A DNA stretch of 64,000 nt from an uncultured Alphaproteobacteria bacterium (GCA_944391705.1 CALXUN010000005.1:19873-83872), one strand, 5' to 3'. Positions 37,965 through 48,407 are shown, counted from the stretch's first letter. Notes: generated from the sequence alone by a model not told the origin. Program-made: numbers and translations.

Positions 37965-38402
37965 TTATTTCCGACGCAAGGAATAATATTCCTCGCTGTC
38001 GCCGCCGTTGACGGTAACGTAGTTTCCTAGCGCCCCGCCGCTGACATAGACCTTTACTTCCAGCGGTTTTCCGGTTAAGCCGGTAACATAGAATGTATCT
38101 TCCACCTGCTGGCGGGGAATACGTAAGTCATAACATTTAATGACTTCACCGTCTTTATTTAAGACTTTGGCGATCATTCCCCAACGGGTAATAGCCGCAT
38201 TTGCCCAATAGAGACCTACCGGACAGCTGCGATTGCCGACAATCCGAGTACCATTGTAGGTAATTTTCCCACTTCGATAAATTACATCATCTTGGGCATA
38301 TTGTCTGACACTTCCATCGGCGCGGTAATACCCTATCGTACCACAACTTGAGGCGCTGACCATCATGCCTAGCATGAGCATCAGCCAAAAAAGCTTTTTC
38401 AT
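37965..38402 (-). CDS. Lipoprotein, function unknown
   Basis: Signal peptide with a lipobox-like SASSC. Confidence 0.55.
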   Translation of the reverse strand: MKKLFWLMLMLGMMVSASSCGTIGYYRADGSVRQYAQDDVIYRSGKITYNGTRIVGNRSCPVGLYWANAAITRWGMIAKVLNKDGEVIKCYDLRIPRQQVEDTFYVTGLTGKPLEVKVYVSGGALGNYVTVNGGDSEEYYSLRRK

Positions 38403-38543
38403 AATTATATCTATTATAATTTGTTTTCCATTATCAGATTAACATAAAATCCCCAAAAAGTCCAGCGCTTAAAATTTTGTTCTGCCCTTTTTCTTTACAT
38501 TTTAAAATAAGCAGTATATTTTATCCCAAAAGAGGAGAAGAAA

Positions 38544-39029
38544 ATGAATTATACCGATCAAGATATTAAAGCCATGCGTGAAGCAATCCGGCTTTCTGCC
38601 ACATCTTTGGCCGATAACGGCACCCCGGCCGGCGGCCCGTTCGGAACCGTTATTTATAAAAACGGCGAATTTATTGCCGGGGGTTACAACCATGTCCTAG
38701 CCAATCACGATCCTTCTGCACACGGTGAAGTACAGGCGATTCGCGAAGCCTGCCGCAGACTAAAAACCTGGGATTTGTCCGGTTGTATTTTATATACCAG
38801 CTGTGAACCCTGCCCAATGTGCCTGATGACATCCAAATGGGCAAATATTGAAAAAATTTATTTTGCCGCCAATCGTAAAGATGCCGCGGCCATCGGTTTT
38901 AAAGACGATGACTTGTATGAGCTTCTAAAACCTGGGGTTTATGCCTTTGCCATTCCCGAATGCCGTGATGAAGCGGTCGATGTTATGCAAAAATGGTTTG
39001 AAAAATTCGGTGAAGACGGAAAATATTAA
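38544..39029 (+). CDS. CDA-fold nucleoside/guanine deaminase
   Basis: Zinc motifs HGEVQAI and CEPCPMC. The length is 161 aa. Confidence 0.8.
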   Translation: MNYTDQDIKAMREAIRLSATSLADNGTPAGGPFGTVIYKNGEFIAGGYNHVLANHDPSAHGEVQAIREACRRLKTWDLSGCILYTSCEPCPMCLMTSKWANIEKIYFAANRKDAAAIGFKDDDLYELLKPGVYAFAIPECRDEAVDVMQKWFEKFGEDGKY

Positions 39030-39138
39030 AAATTTTACATAAAATCAGCATACTAATTGTCAAGCAATAAATATTGATGACTTTTTTGAATTTTTACGTT
39101 ATAGTGATGCCGTTTGTAAAAAAACAGGATTATAAAAT

Positions 39139-39783
39139 TTGGTAAAGAAAATTGTTTCAATTGCCGATGCGGCTAAATTAATACCGGACAATGCTTCCGT
39201 CATGATCGGCGGTTTTTTGCGCTGCGGTTCTCCGGCACGTATTATTGACGAGATGGTCAGGCTTAAAACCTCCGGCTTGACACTGATTGCCAATGATACC
39301 AGTTTTCCGGATTCCGACCGCGGCAAACTGGTTGTTAACAAGCAAATCAAAAAAGCTATTGTTACTCATATCGGCACAAACCCGGAAACCGGACGCCAAT
39401 GGCACAACGGTGAGCTGGAAATTGAGCTGGTGCCAATGGGAACGCTGATTGAACGAATCCGTTCCGGCGGTGCGGGCTTAGGCGGTTTTTTAACACCGAC
39501 AGGCGTCGGTACCGTAGTCGAAACGGGCAAACAAACCGTTGAGTTAAACGGCCGCAAATATCTCTTGGAAACACCGCTTAAGGCTGACTTTGCCATTGTT
39601 TATGCCACCAAAGCCGACAAGTTCGGCAATGCTTTTTTGGAAGGCACCACCCGCAACTTTAACCCGGTTATGGCAACAGCTGCCGAAACGGTTATTGTCG
39701 AGGCCGATGAAATCTGCGACGAGCCGCTTGACCCCAACACGGTTACAATTCCCGGGGTTTTTGTTGATTATATTGCATCATGA
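39139..39783 (+). CDS. scoA: 3-oxoacid CoA-transferase subunit A
   Basis: AtoD/ScoA-like, from a TTG start. Motifs DNASVMIGGF and GELEIELVPMGTL. Confidence 0.85.
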   Translation: MVKKIVSIADAAKLIPDNASVMIGGFLRCGSPARIIDEMVRLKTSGLTLIANDTSFPDSDRGKLVVNKQIKKAIVTHIGTNPETGRQWHNGELEIELVPMGTLIERIRSGGAGLGGFLTPTGVGTVVETGKQTVELNGRKYLLETPLKADFAIVYATKADKFGNAFLEGTTRNFNPVMATAAETVIVEADEICDEPLDPNTVTIPGVFVDYIAS

Positions 39784-39790
39784 GGGAAAA

Positions 39791-40456
39791 ATGGATTTAA
39801 GTAAAGAACAATGCCGCGAAATTATCGCCCGCCGCACGGCAAAAGAATTTAGACAAGGTGATGTCATTACTTTAGGTATCGGACTACCGACCGAAGCGGC
39901 TAATTATATTCCGGCGGATATGCATGTTATTATCCAGTCTGAAAACGGTATGACAGGCCTTGGCCATCGCGACCTGGCGGCACCGGAAAAACCTAAAATC
40001 ACCAACGCGGGCGGAATTCCGGTGACAGCAAAAAAAGGTGCGGTATTTTTTGATACCGCCATGTCGTTTACCATTATCCGCGGCGGACATGTCGATGCCA
40101 CGGTTTTAGGCGCTTTACAGGTTGATGAAGAAGGAAATCTTGCCAACTGGATGGTGCCGAATGTTTTTGTTCCCGGCATGGGCGGTGCCATGGATTTGGT
40201 GGTGGGTGCCAAAAAAGTGATTGTGGCCATGGAACATACGGCCAAGGGAGAACCACGCATTGTCAAAAAATGCACTCTGCCTTTAACCGCGGCAAAAGAA
40301 GTTGATATGATTATCACCGAACGCGCCGTTATTGACGTGACCCCGGAAGGGTTGGTGTTAAAGGAAATCAATCCGCTGTTTTCATTACAAGATGTTTTGG
40401 ATTCGACGGCTGCGGATTTGATTATTCCGGATTATATCGGTAAAACGGCCGCTTAA
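39791..40456 (+). CDS. scoB: 3-oxoacid CoA-transferase subunit B
   Basis: ATG at 39791. The catalytic Glu motif is IIQSENGMTGLG. The longer ORF from 39590 overlaps scoA and was rejected. Confidence 0.85.
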   Translation: MDLSKEQCREIIARRTAKEFRQGDVITLGIGLPTEAANYIPADMHVIIQSENGMTGLGHRDLAAPEKPKITNAGGIPVTAKKGAVFFDTAMSFTIIRGGHVDATVLGALQVDEEGNLANWMVPNVFVPGMGGAMDLVVGAKKVIVAMEHTAKGEPRIVKKCTLPLTAAKEVDMIITERAVIDVTPEGLVLKEINPLFSLQDVLDSTAADLIIPDYIGKTAA

Positions 40457-40481
40457 ATATTTTAACTTAAGCGGGTTTAAG

Positions 40482-40512
40482 AAAAAGACAGCCGCAAGGC
40501 TGTCTTTTTATT
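40482..40512. terminator. Bidirectional hairpin terminator
   Basis: Stem AGACAGCC / GGCTGTCT flanked by A- and T-runs. Confidence 0.65.
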
Positions 40513-40984
40513 TTTGTTCCATGGTTGTACAAACATCAATCCATCCGCTGTTGACGGTGTATTTTTCCAATTCTTCCGGAGTTAGTTCTATGGCGCTGTT
40601 GGCACTGCCACAGGCCGGAAAAACCGTTTGAAACCGTTTCAATGAAACATCTAAATAAATTTTAACATTTTCAGGAACGGCAAACGGACAAACCCCGCCA
40701 ATGGCAAATCCGGTTGTCTGCAAGACTTCATCCGCTGAGAGCATTTTGGCCTTTAAACCAAACGAATGTTTGTATTTGGCGTTATCAACTTTGCAATCAC
40801 CGGCAGCCACAATTAAAACCGCCCCGCCGGCTTGTTTGAAGCTAAGGGTTTTGGCAATCCGGCAAGGCTCGCAATTTAAGGCCTGAGCCGCCTGGGCGAC
40901 AGTGGCGCTTGAAACCGGAAATTCCCGGATACGTCCATTCAGATTAAATTGATGCAAATATGTTCTGACCTTTTCTATACTCAT
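40508..40984 (-). CDS. YbaK/EbsC-type aminoacyl-tRNA deacylase domain protein
   Basis: 158 aa with AKTL.F and GGVCPF patterns typical of YbaK editing domains. Confidence 0.7.
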   Translation of the reverse strand: MSIEKVRTYLHQFNLNGRIREFPVSSATVAQAAQALNCEPCRIAKTLSFKQAGGAVLIVAAGDCKVDNAKYKHSFGLKAKMLSADEVLQTTGFAIGGVCPFAVPENVKIYLDVSLKRFQTVFPACGSANSAIELTPEELEKYTVNSGWIDVCTTMEQK

Positions 40985-41082
40985 TTTGCCCTCAAAAAAT
41001 CGCTAAAACTGTGAAGAATTTGTGAAAACTGTAAATTGGTAATTCAGGAAAGTCAAGGATTGTGTGAATATTATGTGAATAC

Positions 41083-41114
41083 GAAAAGAGGGTTGTAATT
41101 TCTTGCAACCCTCT
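41083..41114 (-). terminator. Terminator after rpsI
   Basis: Stem GAGGGTTG / CAACCCTC with TTTTCG on the minus strand. Confidence 0.6.
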
Positions 41115-41143
41115 GAAAATATTTTATATTTTCCTGATACCAA

Positions 41144-41632
41144 TTAACGTTTGGAGAACTGGTAAGAACGGCGGGCTTTGGCTTTACCATACTTCTTACG
41201 TTCAACAACACGGTCATCACGGGTTAAGAAACCAGCCTGTTTCAGAACAGTTCTCAACTCCGGCTCATATTCATTTAAGGCCTTGGAAATACCGTGTTTG
41301 ATAGCACCGGCCTGACCGGACAATCCACCGCCTTTAACCGTGCAAACAACGTCAAATTCATTCATACGGTTGGTAATTTCAAACGGCTGATTGATAATCA
41401 TTTTCAAAACCGGACGGGCAAAATACTGATCAATGGATTTTTCATTAATGGTAATGTTGCCTTTACCCGGCATAATCCAAACGCGGGCAACAGCGTCCTT
41501 TCTTTTACCCGTGGCATAAGAGCGACCCTGTTTGTCTTTGTTGGGTTTGCGGACAGCTTTGGTTTCAGCATTGGATGTTTCGGCTGCAACGCTTTTGATT
41601 TCCTGCAAAGATTCAATTTTTTTCGTAGCCAT
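41144..41632 (-). CDS. rpsI: Ribosomal protein S9
   Basis: C-terminal ...RRSYQFSKR, with an N-terminal extension. Confidence 0.93.
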   Translation of the reverse strand: MATKKIESLQEIKSVAAETSNAETKAVRKPNKDKQGRSYATGKRKDAVARVWIMPGKGNITINEKSIDQYFARPVLKMIINQPFEITNRMNEFDVVCTVKGGGLSGQAGAIKHGISKALNEYEPELRTVLKQAGFLTRDDRVVERKKYGKAKARRSYQFSKR

Positions 41633-42099
41633 TATAATGCACTCCTCTTATTTTTCGGGTTACGTCCGGCAATGTCCAAAACAACCGGATTCTGAGCCAC
41701 ATGCGGATGATTGCTGCCGGCATAAACCTTGAGTTTGGTCATCTGCTGGCGGCCCATCGGATTACGTGAAATCATGCGTTCAACAGCTTTCTCAATGACA
41801 CGTTCCGGGAAACGGCCGGCCAAAATTTTTGCCGGGGTGGTTTCTTTGATACCGCCAATCCAGCCGGTATGCTTGAAATATTTTTTATCCGTCAGTTTTT
41901 TGCCGGTTAATTTAACTTTATCGGCATTAATGACAACGACATAATCGCCGCAATCCAAATTCGGGACGAAGTAAGGTTTGTTTTTACCGCGCAAAATTTT
42001 GGCAACTTCAGCGGCCAAACGACCCAAAACAACGCCTTCCGCATCGACGACATACCATTTTCTCTCAATATCTGAGGGTTTGGTTGCATATGTATTCAT
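41632..42099 (-). CDS. rplM: Ribosomal protein L13
   Basis: [16 protein letters not shown] motif. It overlaps the rpsI start by 1 nt. Confidence 0.93.
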   Translation of the reverse strand: MNTYATKPSDIERKWYVVDAEGVVLGRLAAEVAKILRGKNKPYFVPNLDCGDYVVVINADKVKLTGKKLTDKKYFKHTGWIGGIKETTPAKILAGRFPERVIEKAVERMISRNPMGRQQMTKLKVYAGSNHPHVAQNPVVLDIAGRNPKNKRSAL

Positions 42100-42306
42100 A
42101 TTTATTCTCTCTCTTTAAATAGAAGGGTTATTCAATTCGGGTTTAATATACTTAAATTAAGCGCATTGTCAATAATAAAAAATAAAGAAAATACAAATAA
42201 TTGCAAAATAGTATTATAATACCGTTTATTAATTATCTGTTTTTGTTTTATTTTAGCAGCATAAGATAAAAAACACCGGTAAAACATTTTAAACCTGAAT
42301 GTTTTC

Positions 42307-42511
42307 TGGATCCCTGGCACTCAGTGCTAAAGCACTTCGTAGGGATGACAGGTTGATATGTCACCCTTATGAGCGGGCTTTAGTCCGCGAATACTAGGGG
42401 TCCAAAAAGAATATGGCAATGATGTGTGATTCGTGGATCCCTAATACTCAACAGCTGCGCTGTTTCGTAGGGATGACAGGAAAGGTGGATGCCTGCTCTT
42501 AAGGCATGACA
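42307..42511 (-). repeat. Array of structured repeats (B-B-A-B when read on the minus strand)
   Basis: Module B copies lie at 42486-42511, 42429-42478 and 42307-42350. A module A copy lies at 42360-42417. Confidence 0.75.
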
Positions 42512-42713
42512 GGTATGGGTGTATGACGGAAAAAGAGGGTTGGAAAGAGAAGTCAAAAAAAAGAAATCTGCCGCAACAAAAGTTACGGCAGACCTTTTAG
42601 GGGAAAATATTATTTTTTTGCAGCTAGGGAACCGCTTAAAACAATATTTCCGTTTTTTATGCCCGAAAGCCGCTTATAGGGATTGCCGCTTTCAAACATA
42701 AAACTTTCTTACA

Positions 42714-43415
42714 TTAGTAGTATTTCCAGGCAACTTCACATGTCGTACCTGTACAAGAACAAGCATTAACAGCATTGGTAACGCTCATCGGCGTCGGATT
42801 TTCATCTCCGCCCGGAACAGCGATGGCTGTGCAGGTACCGGTGCCGGTGCCATTACAGGCTACACTTTGGTCGCCGCTTTCTCCCAAATAAACAGAATCG
42901 ACACCATTTTCTTGAGCCGCATCATCTTCGCCTGTAACGCCGGATGTATTACCATCTATACCGGCAGCAATAGCAATCAAACCAGAAGCCTGTCCGGAAC
43001 CCCAGTCGCCGGTGGCAATCGTTACACAAGCTTCGGATGATAAACCGCTGTACACAATACTAAACGCTTCATTATCATTACTTTTCCGGCCACCGGAAGC
43101 GCCGATTTTTACCGCACCGCCAAAAGCGTTTGTAATTGTAGATGTGTTGGCAGAAGCGGCATTATACATATCATTCGGAACCACGCCGAATTTGATGGCT
43201 TGCGCATTGCTCAAACCTGTATAATCACCTTGGGAAGAGAACAGGGTGCGGATATTGGCAACCAACATCGAAACCTGGTCTGTGGTTTTGTTGATTTTGT
43301 ATTTGTTCATGGCTTTGGAATAACCGGCGATACCACCGACGGACAGAACACCGATAATGGCTAAAACGCCTAACATTTCGACCATCGAACGGCCGTTTTC
43401 ATTCATATGTCTCAT
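42714..43415 (-). CDS. Type IV pilin-like protein
   Basis: The leader MRHMNENG is followed by RSMVEMLGVLAIIGVLSVGGIAGYSKAM. The C-terminal domain is Gly/Thr/Cys-rich. Confidence 0.75.
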   Translation of the reverse strand: MRHMNENGRSMVEMLGVLAIIGVLSVGGIAGYSKAMNKYKINKTTDQVSMLVANIRTLFSSQGDYTGLSNAQAIKFGVVPNDMYNAASANTSTITNAFGGAVKIGASGGRKSNDNEAFSIVYSGLSSEACVTIATGDWGSGQASGLIAIAAGIDGNTSGVTGEDDAAQENGVDSVYLGESGDQSVACNGTGTGTCTAIAVPGGDENPTPMSVTNAVNACSCTGTTCEVAWKYY

Positions 43416-43971
43416 AATAACAATCCTTTGTTTAATGTTTCACCTTACAAAAAATCGCTCATTTCAACTTGGAAATTAAGCGACTGGAAGCAGAAAACTA
43501 TCCAAAGGATATAGTGCGACATATTCGAACTATAAAAATTCTTATTTTGACGCCTTCCAGTCTTCTGACAAGAAGGCATGCAAATATGTTTTGCATCAAC
43601 ACCTTTGGGTGGATTTTCTGATCCACAGGAAGTCAACACAACTTCCTATTGTCCAGCATAGGAAAAATGTTTCCAAAAGTCAATTTGGAATTTGGATATA
43701 TATCTTTGGCAATAATCTTACTTTTTTTATAAAACATGCCGTAAAACCGGCTTTATCAGCAGCAACAAAATTTTTTATATTTTTTTTACTTTTTTCAAAC
43801 TTCCGACAGATAACGCTTTGAAGATGTATCCCGTTATTTTTTTAAGAACAAAACAAGAACAGTTAACAAAATCCTAAAATTTTCCATTGCATCCCATAAA
43901 ATACCATGATATACCATAATTAATGTCATGTTAATTTTTGGGGCGCGAAATTGAGAAAAACTTTTCTTTTC

Positions 43972-44424
43972 ATGGATACGGTCATAAACAAGGTTGACGC
44001 CAAAGGGCGCGTTTCCCTGCCGGCCGATTACCGCGCCATTGTTAAAGAGCTTAATTCCGAAATCGTTTGTTACCGCAGCCTGAGCGCCCCCTGTATTGAA
44101 GGCTGCGTAGAAGATTTATTAGAAAAACTTGCTGCCGAAATTGAAAATTCAACCGATTTCTTTTCCCAGACGCAGGATGATTTAACCAATCTGATTTTCG
44201 GCGATGCCCGGCGTTTTACGTTTGACAGCACCGGGCGCATTGTTTTAACCGAAAAACTTTTGCAGCATGCCGAAATTACCGATACCGCCGTTTTTGTCGG
44301 CAAGGGTCGGAAATTCCAAATCTGGAACCCGCAGAACTGGGCAAAAGAAGAAGCCCGCATCCGTGCTGAGGTCATGAAAAAACGCCCGGTTTTAAACACC
44401 GGAAAATGCGGAGGTACAAACTGA
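43972..44424 (+). CDS. mraZ: Transcriptional regulator MraZ
   Basis: Two DxxGR boxes (DAKGRVSLP and DSTGRIVL). ATG at 43972. Confidence 0.88.
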   Translation: MDTVINKVDAKGRVSLPADYRAIVKELNSEIVCYRSLSAPCIEGCVEDLLEKLAAEIENSTDFFSQTQDDLTNLIFGDARRFTFDSTGRIVLTEKLLQHAEITDTAVFVGKGRKFQIWNPQNWAKEEARIRAEVMKKRPVLNTGKCGGTN

Positions 44425-45386
44425 TGACCGCGGCTCAAAAACATATTTCGGTCATGCTTAAAGAGGTTTTACAAAGCCTTTTACCCGAAGACGGTAAAAC
44501 CTATGTCGACGCCACTTTCGGCAACGGCGGCTATTCCCAGGCTATTTTAGAGGCTGCCGAATGCAAGGTTATTGCCCTTGACCGCGATCCGACGGTTGCG
44601 GACAGAGCCAGCGAACTAAAAGCCCTGTACGGCAGTCGTTTTGAATTTAAATCCGGCTGTTTCAGCCGTATCGGCGAACTTATTGACGAGCCGGTCGACG
44701 GGTTTGTGTTTGATATCGGTGTTTCATCCATGCAGCTGGATATTGCAGAGCGCGGATTTTCTTTTGCCAAAGAAGCACCGCTTGATATGCGGATGTCCTG
44801 TTCCGGCAAAACCGCGGCAGATATTGTTAACGGCATGGATGAAAAAGAACTGGCCGATTTGATTTATCAATACGGCGAAGAACGGAAATCACGCCAGATT
44901 GCCCGCAAAATTGTGGAATACCGCCGCCATAAGCCGATTGAAACCACCACCGAACTGGCCGGCATTATCTATACGGTTTTACACCGGACGCATAATGCCA
45001 TTGATCCGGCAACCCGGACTTTTCAGGCTTTACGGATAGCCGTTAACGACGAACTCGGCGAACTAAAAACAGGTTTGCAGGCGGCAGCCGAAAAACTTTC
45101 TCCCGGCGGACGTCTGGTGGTGGTTGATTTTCATTCTTTGGAAGACCGAATCGTTAAAACCTTTTTTAACACGTTAAGCGGAAAAACCGCCGGCGTATCG
45201 CGCTACCTGCCGGAAACTCATAAAGAAGAACAGCCGCTTTTTAACCAGGTTTCCAAAGCCATTGCCGCAAGCAGGGAAGAATGTGCCGTTAATCCGCGCG
45301 CCCGTTCGGCAAAACTCCGCTTTGCCGTCAAGGCCGGAAAAACAGAAGGCATCACTTTGAAAAATAAAGGAGATGAACATGATTAA
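44424..45386 (+). CDS. rsmH: 16S rRNA m4C1402 methyltransferase RsmH
   Basis: HISVMLKEV, DATFGNGGYS and DLGVSS-like (DIGVSSMQLD) motifs. The start overlaps the mraZ stop (TGATG). Confidence 0.92.
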   Translation: MTAAQKHISVMLKEVLQSLLPEDGKTYVDATFGNGGYSQAILEAAECKVIALDRDPTVADRASELKALYGSRFEFKSGCFSRIGELIDEPVDGFVFDIGVSSMQLDIAERGFSFAKEAPLDMRMSCSGKTAADIVNGMDEKELADLIYQYGEERKSRQIARKIVEYRRHKPIETTTELAGIIYTVLHRTHNAIDPATRTFQALRIAVNDELGELKTGLQAAAEKLSPGGRLVVVDFHSLEDRIVKTFFNTLSGKTAGVSRYLPETHKEEQPLFNQVSKAIAASREECAVNPRARSAKLRFAVKAGKTEGITLKNKGDEHD

Positions 45387-45744
45387 TACCAAAACCGCCA
45401 TTACCATTTTGTGGTTTACTTTAACCTGTGTTATCTGCTTTGGTTCTTTTGTATTGAAAAACCAGGTGCATGATTTGGAAACCGAACTTTCCAAAATCAA
45501 CAGCAACATTCAAAAAGATGTCAAAACAATCCATGTCTTAAAAGCGGAATGGAGCCATTTGAACAACCCTTCCCGCTTAAAAAAACTGGCCTCTGAACAT
45601 ATTTCTTTAAATAAAGTCCGGGCTGAACAAATTATTAACTATTCTGCGCTACCATTCCAATATGAAAACGGCGGAATCGATGAGGTCGTTACCGCCGGCG
45701 TTAATAACAAAGAATATAAAAAACTGGTTAAGGCCGAACGCTGA
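45373..45744 (+). CDS. ftsL: Cell division protein FtsL
   Basis: Small bitopic protein in the canonical position with a single TM and a coiled coil. Confidence 0.7.
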   Translation: MNMINTKTAITILWFTLTCVICFGSFVLKNQVHDLETELSKINSNIQKDVKTIHVLKAEWSHLNNPSRLKKLASEHISLNKVRAEQIINYSALPFQYENGGIDEVVTAGVNNKEYKKLVKAER

Positions 45745-45798
45745 GCCGTTCTTTTCTTAAAATGAACAAATAAGCTGCAGCACGGCTGAAGCCGGAAC

Positions 45799-47568
45799 AT
45801 GGTGTCAGAGGAAAAAGTGCTGGGCGTTACCCTTTCAAAGAAAAATAATAATTTTTATTTCCCGGGACAAAATTCCGATTCTGCCGGTTTGGATGTTCTG
45901 TTTGAAGAAAGCCTGTCGGCCGGAGCCATTCGCACCTGCCGGCAGCGTATGCTGGTTGCCATTGCCGGTTTTATGCTGGTTTATCTTATTATTGCCATCC
46001 GCGTTATCAGCGTTTGTCTGACAGACGGCATCCGGATTTATACGCCGGGAGAAGACGCGGCAGAAAGCGAAATTTATATCGGCACGCCGATTTCAAGAGC
46101 AGACATCACTGACCGCAACGGGGCTATTATTGCCACCTCATTGCCAACCGTCAATTTATACGCCAACCCGAAAAACGTCCGCAATCCGGAAGACATTGCC
46201 GAAAAACTGTCGCTATTGTTTCCGGAAATAAGTTATAATGATTTAATTGCCAAACTGACCCGCAAAAGAACATCTTTTTCCATGATAAAATACAATCTTT
46301 CGCCGGCTCAACAGGCCGCTGTTAACAATCTCGGGATCCCGGCGCTTGAATTTCAAAAAAGCGAAAAACGCGTTTATCCGCACAAAAATTTATTTTCCCA
46401 TATTTTGGGCTATACGAATATTGACAATCTCGGGCTGTCCGGCGTAGAAAAATCTTTACACAAACGCTTAACCGAATCGTCAAAACCCTTACGCTTGAGC
46501 CTTGACATGGGCATTCAGGACACCATTCGCGAAGAACTTTTGGCCGCCGTGGAAGAATTTCAGGCCGAAGGCGCCAGCGCCATTTTGATGGATGTTAAGA
46601 CAGGTGAAATTATTTCCATGGTTTCAGTGCCGGATTATGACCCGAATTTAAGTATACCGGTCGGTGACCGTTCTTTGTTTAATTTTGCCACACAAGGAGT
46701 CTATGAAGCCGGTTCGGTATTTAAAACTTTTAACACGGCACTCGGACTGGAAAGCGGTAAAGTCAAAATCAATGACAAATTTGATGCCACCAAACCGATA
46801 AAGGTTCAGGGAATTACGGTTTCCGATTACCGCGGCGAAAACCGCTGGCTCAGCGTGGGCGAAATATTAATCTACTCTTCCAACATCGGCTCGGCCCAGC
46901 TTATCAGCCGGATCGGCAAAGATGCCCAGCGCCGCTTTTTGATAAATATGGGGTTTGAAGAACCTTTAAGTGACTTTGAAGTGTTTGAAAAAGGGCGGCC
47001 GCTGTTTCCGAGCCAGAAAAAATGGCGCGATGATACAATGGCAACCGTTTCTTACGGTTATGGCGTTTCCGTTACGCCTTTGCATCTGATTGCCGCATTT
47101 TCCTCGCTTATCAACGGCGGTATTTACCATTATCCGACACTTCTTAAATCTGTTGAAGGCCAACACCCTGCCCGCCGGGTTATTTCCGGGCATACCTCGG
47201 AAAATATGCGTAAACTCCTGCGCGACGTTGTTGTTTACGGATCAGCAAAAAAGGCCAACATTCCAGGATATCAGGTTATCGGCAAAACCGGAACCGCCAA
47301 TAAGCTCGTCGGCGGTCGTTATGTTGATAAAAAAGTAATTACTTCCTTTATTTCCGCTTTCCCGGAAAGCAATCCGCAATATGCTTTACTGGTGGTTATG
47401 GACGAACCCAAAGGCAGCAAAAAAACCTTTGGCTTTGTTACTTCCGGCTGGAATGCCGTACCGGTCGGCGGAAAGATTATTTCTCAGATTGCACCGCAGC
47501 TTGATATTCAGGCTGATTTTGACCTGGATGTCCAGCGCCAGCATGTCAAAGCGGCATATGTTCGTTAG
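45799..47568 (+). CDS. ftsI: Penicillin-binding protein 3 (FtsI)
   Basis: SxxK (GSVFKT), SxN (YSSN) and KTG (GKTGTA) motifs. Confidence 0.9.
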   Translation: MVSEEKVLGVTLSKKNNNFYFPGQNSDSAGLDVLFEESLSAGAIRTCRQRMLVAIAGFMLVYLIIAIRVISVCLTDGIRIYTPGEDAAESEIYIGTPISRADITDRNGAIIATSLPTVNLYANPKNVRNPEDIAEKLSLLFPEISYNDLIAKLTRKRTSFSMIKYNLSPAQQAAVNNLGIPALEFQKSEKRVYPHKNLFSHILGYTNIDNLGLSGVEKSLHKRLTESSKPLRLSLDMGIQDTIREELLAAVEEFQAEGASAILMDVKTGEIISMVSVPDYDPNLSIPVGDRSLFNFATQGVYEAGSVFKTFNTALGLESGKVKINDKFDATKPIKVQGITVSDYRGENRWLSVGEILIYSSNIGSAQLISRIGKDAQRRFLINMGFEEPLSDFEVFEKGRPLFPSQKKWRDDTMATVSYGYGVSVTPLHLIAAFSSLINGGIYHYPTLLKSVEGQHPARRVISGHTSENMRKLLRDVVVYGSAKKANIPGYQVIGKTGTANKLVGGRYVDKKVITSFISAFPESNPQYALLVVMDEPKGSKKTFGFVTSGWNAVPVGGKIISQIAPQLDIQADFDLDVQRQHVKAAYVR

Positions 47569-47655
47569 TTGCTGTTTTTAAATAGTCTGCTTGACAAAAA
47601 AGATAAAATTTTTTACATTACTTGATGATAACTTTATTATTCATCATAAATTTTT

Positions 47656-48396
47656 ATGTATATGGAAAAAAATCAAAAAATTCTTGTCGGTGAAAAATCT
47701 TCCCATCTCCTTTCGGCTTTATCCGATTTTGAAGGGATGACGGTTGAAAAATGGCAACGTATCAGAAAAGACCGGTACATACCGGATAACTTTTTATTTC
47801 TGGCCGGGGTTGCAAAATATCCCAAGCACTGTCCGCAGGCGAATCTGCGTTTTGGGAAAGAGCTGGTCTTTGTCCAGAACTTCCTGCCTTACAATGACAA
47901 CGGCATATACAGAACCAGAAGATACGGCAATATATACTGCCTGTATGAACCGGAAAAGCTTTTTGATGACGATGTCGTTTTGGAAAAATCAGCACTTTAT
48001 CTGGCTCTTCCTGATGATACCATAAAAATGGTCCTGGCAGATGGCGAACACCGGCAACTCAAAAGTGTGGATAAGATGTTCCATGATTTGTGCGAACAAC
48101 GCGGGTTGCAGGATTTTTCCAGACTCGATGATGTTCTCGGAATTTATGAAGTAACCTTTAAAACAAAATCCTGCGGTTATTTCTTAAAAGACAGAACTTA
48201 CCTGGTTTGGGCAATGCCAATCGGAATCCCTGACCGGATTTCCGGCGAGCTTGTCAAGGGCTGGATTATCTGCGACATCAACTGCGGCGTTCCTGCCATA
48301 TTAAAAGCTAATCAGGAAACGCTTTGCCGCCTTCCGTCTGATGAAGGAGATAAAATCGGTATGTTTACCATGAAGGAAAACACCCTGGTTTTTTAA
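47656..48396 (+). CDS. Hypothetical protein
   Basis: 246-aa ORF with a terminator downstream. I recognised no motif. Confidence 0.45.
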   Translation: MYMEKNQKILVGEKSSHLLSALSDFEGMTVEKWQRIRKDRYIPDNFLFLAGVAKYPKHCPQANLRFGKELVFVQNFLPYNDNGIYRTRRYGNIYCLYEPEKLFDDDVVLEKSALYLALPDDTIKMVLADGEHRQLKSVDKMFHDLCEQRGLQDFSRLDDVLGIYEVTFKTKSCGYFLKDRTYLVWAMPIGIPDRISGELVKGWIICDINCGVPAILKANQETLCRLPSDEGDKIGMFTMKENTLVF

Positions 48397-48407
48397 GTAA
48401 TTTTCTA

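Noticed and set aside
39590-39790. The N-terminal 67 codons of the 288-aa ORF extending scoB upstream.
   Set aside because: This part overlaps the 3' end of scoA in another frame. The ATG at 39791, just after the scoA stop, gives the canonical subunit B N-terminus.
42290-42520. The repeat cluster as a possible CRISPR array.
   Set aside because: The units are not identical direct repeats with regular unique spacers. They are two different hairpin modules in mixed order, with variable inner stems, and no cas genes are nearby.
42519-42701. A 60-aa ORF between the repeat array and the pilin-like gene.
   Set aside because: It has no RBS, starts at the edge of a repeat, contains an A8 run and has a low-complexity composition.
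43416-43971. A candidate mraZ promoter (TTGCAT ... TATACC) and MraZ boxes in the 555-nt divergent spacer.
   Set aside because: The hexamers and spacing are weak, and I could not find a convincing repeated MraZ-type box. It is too uncertain to annotate.
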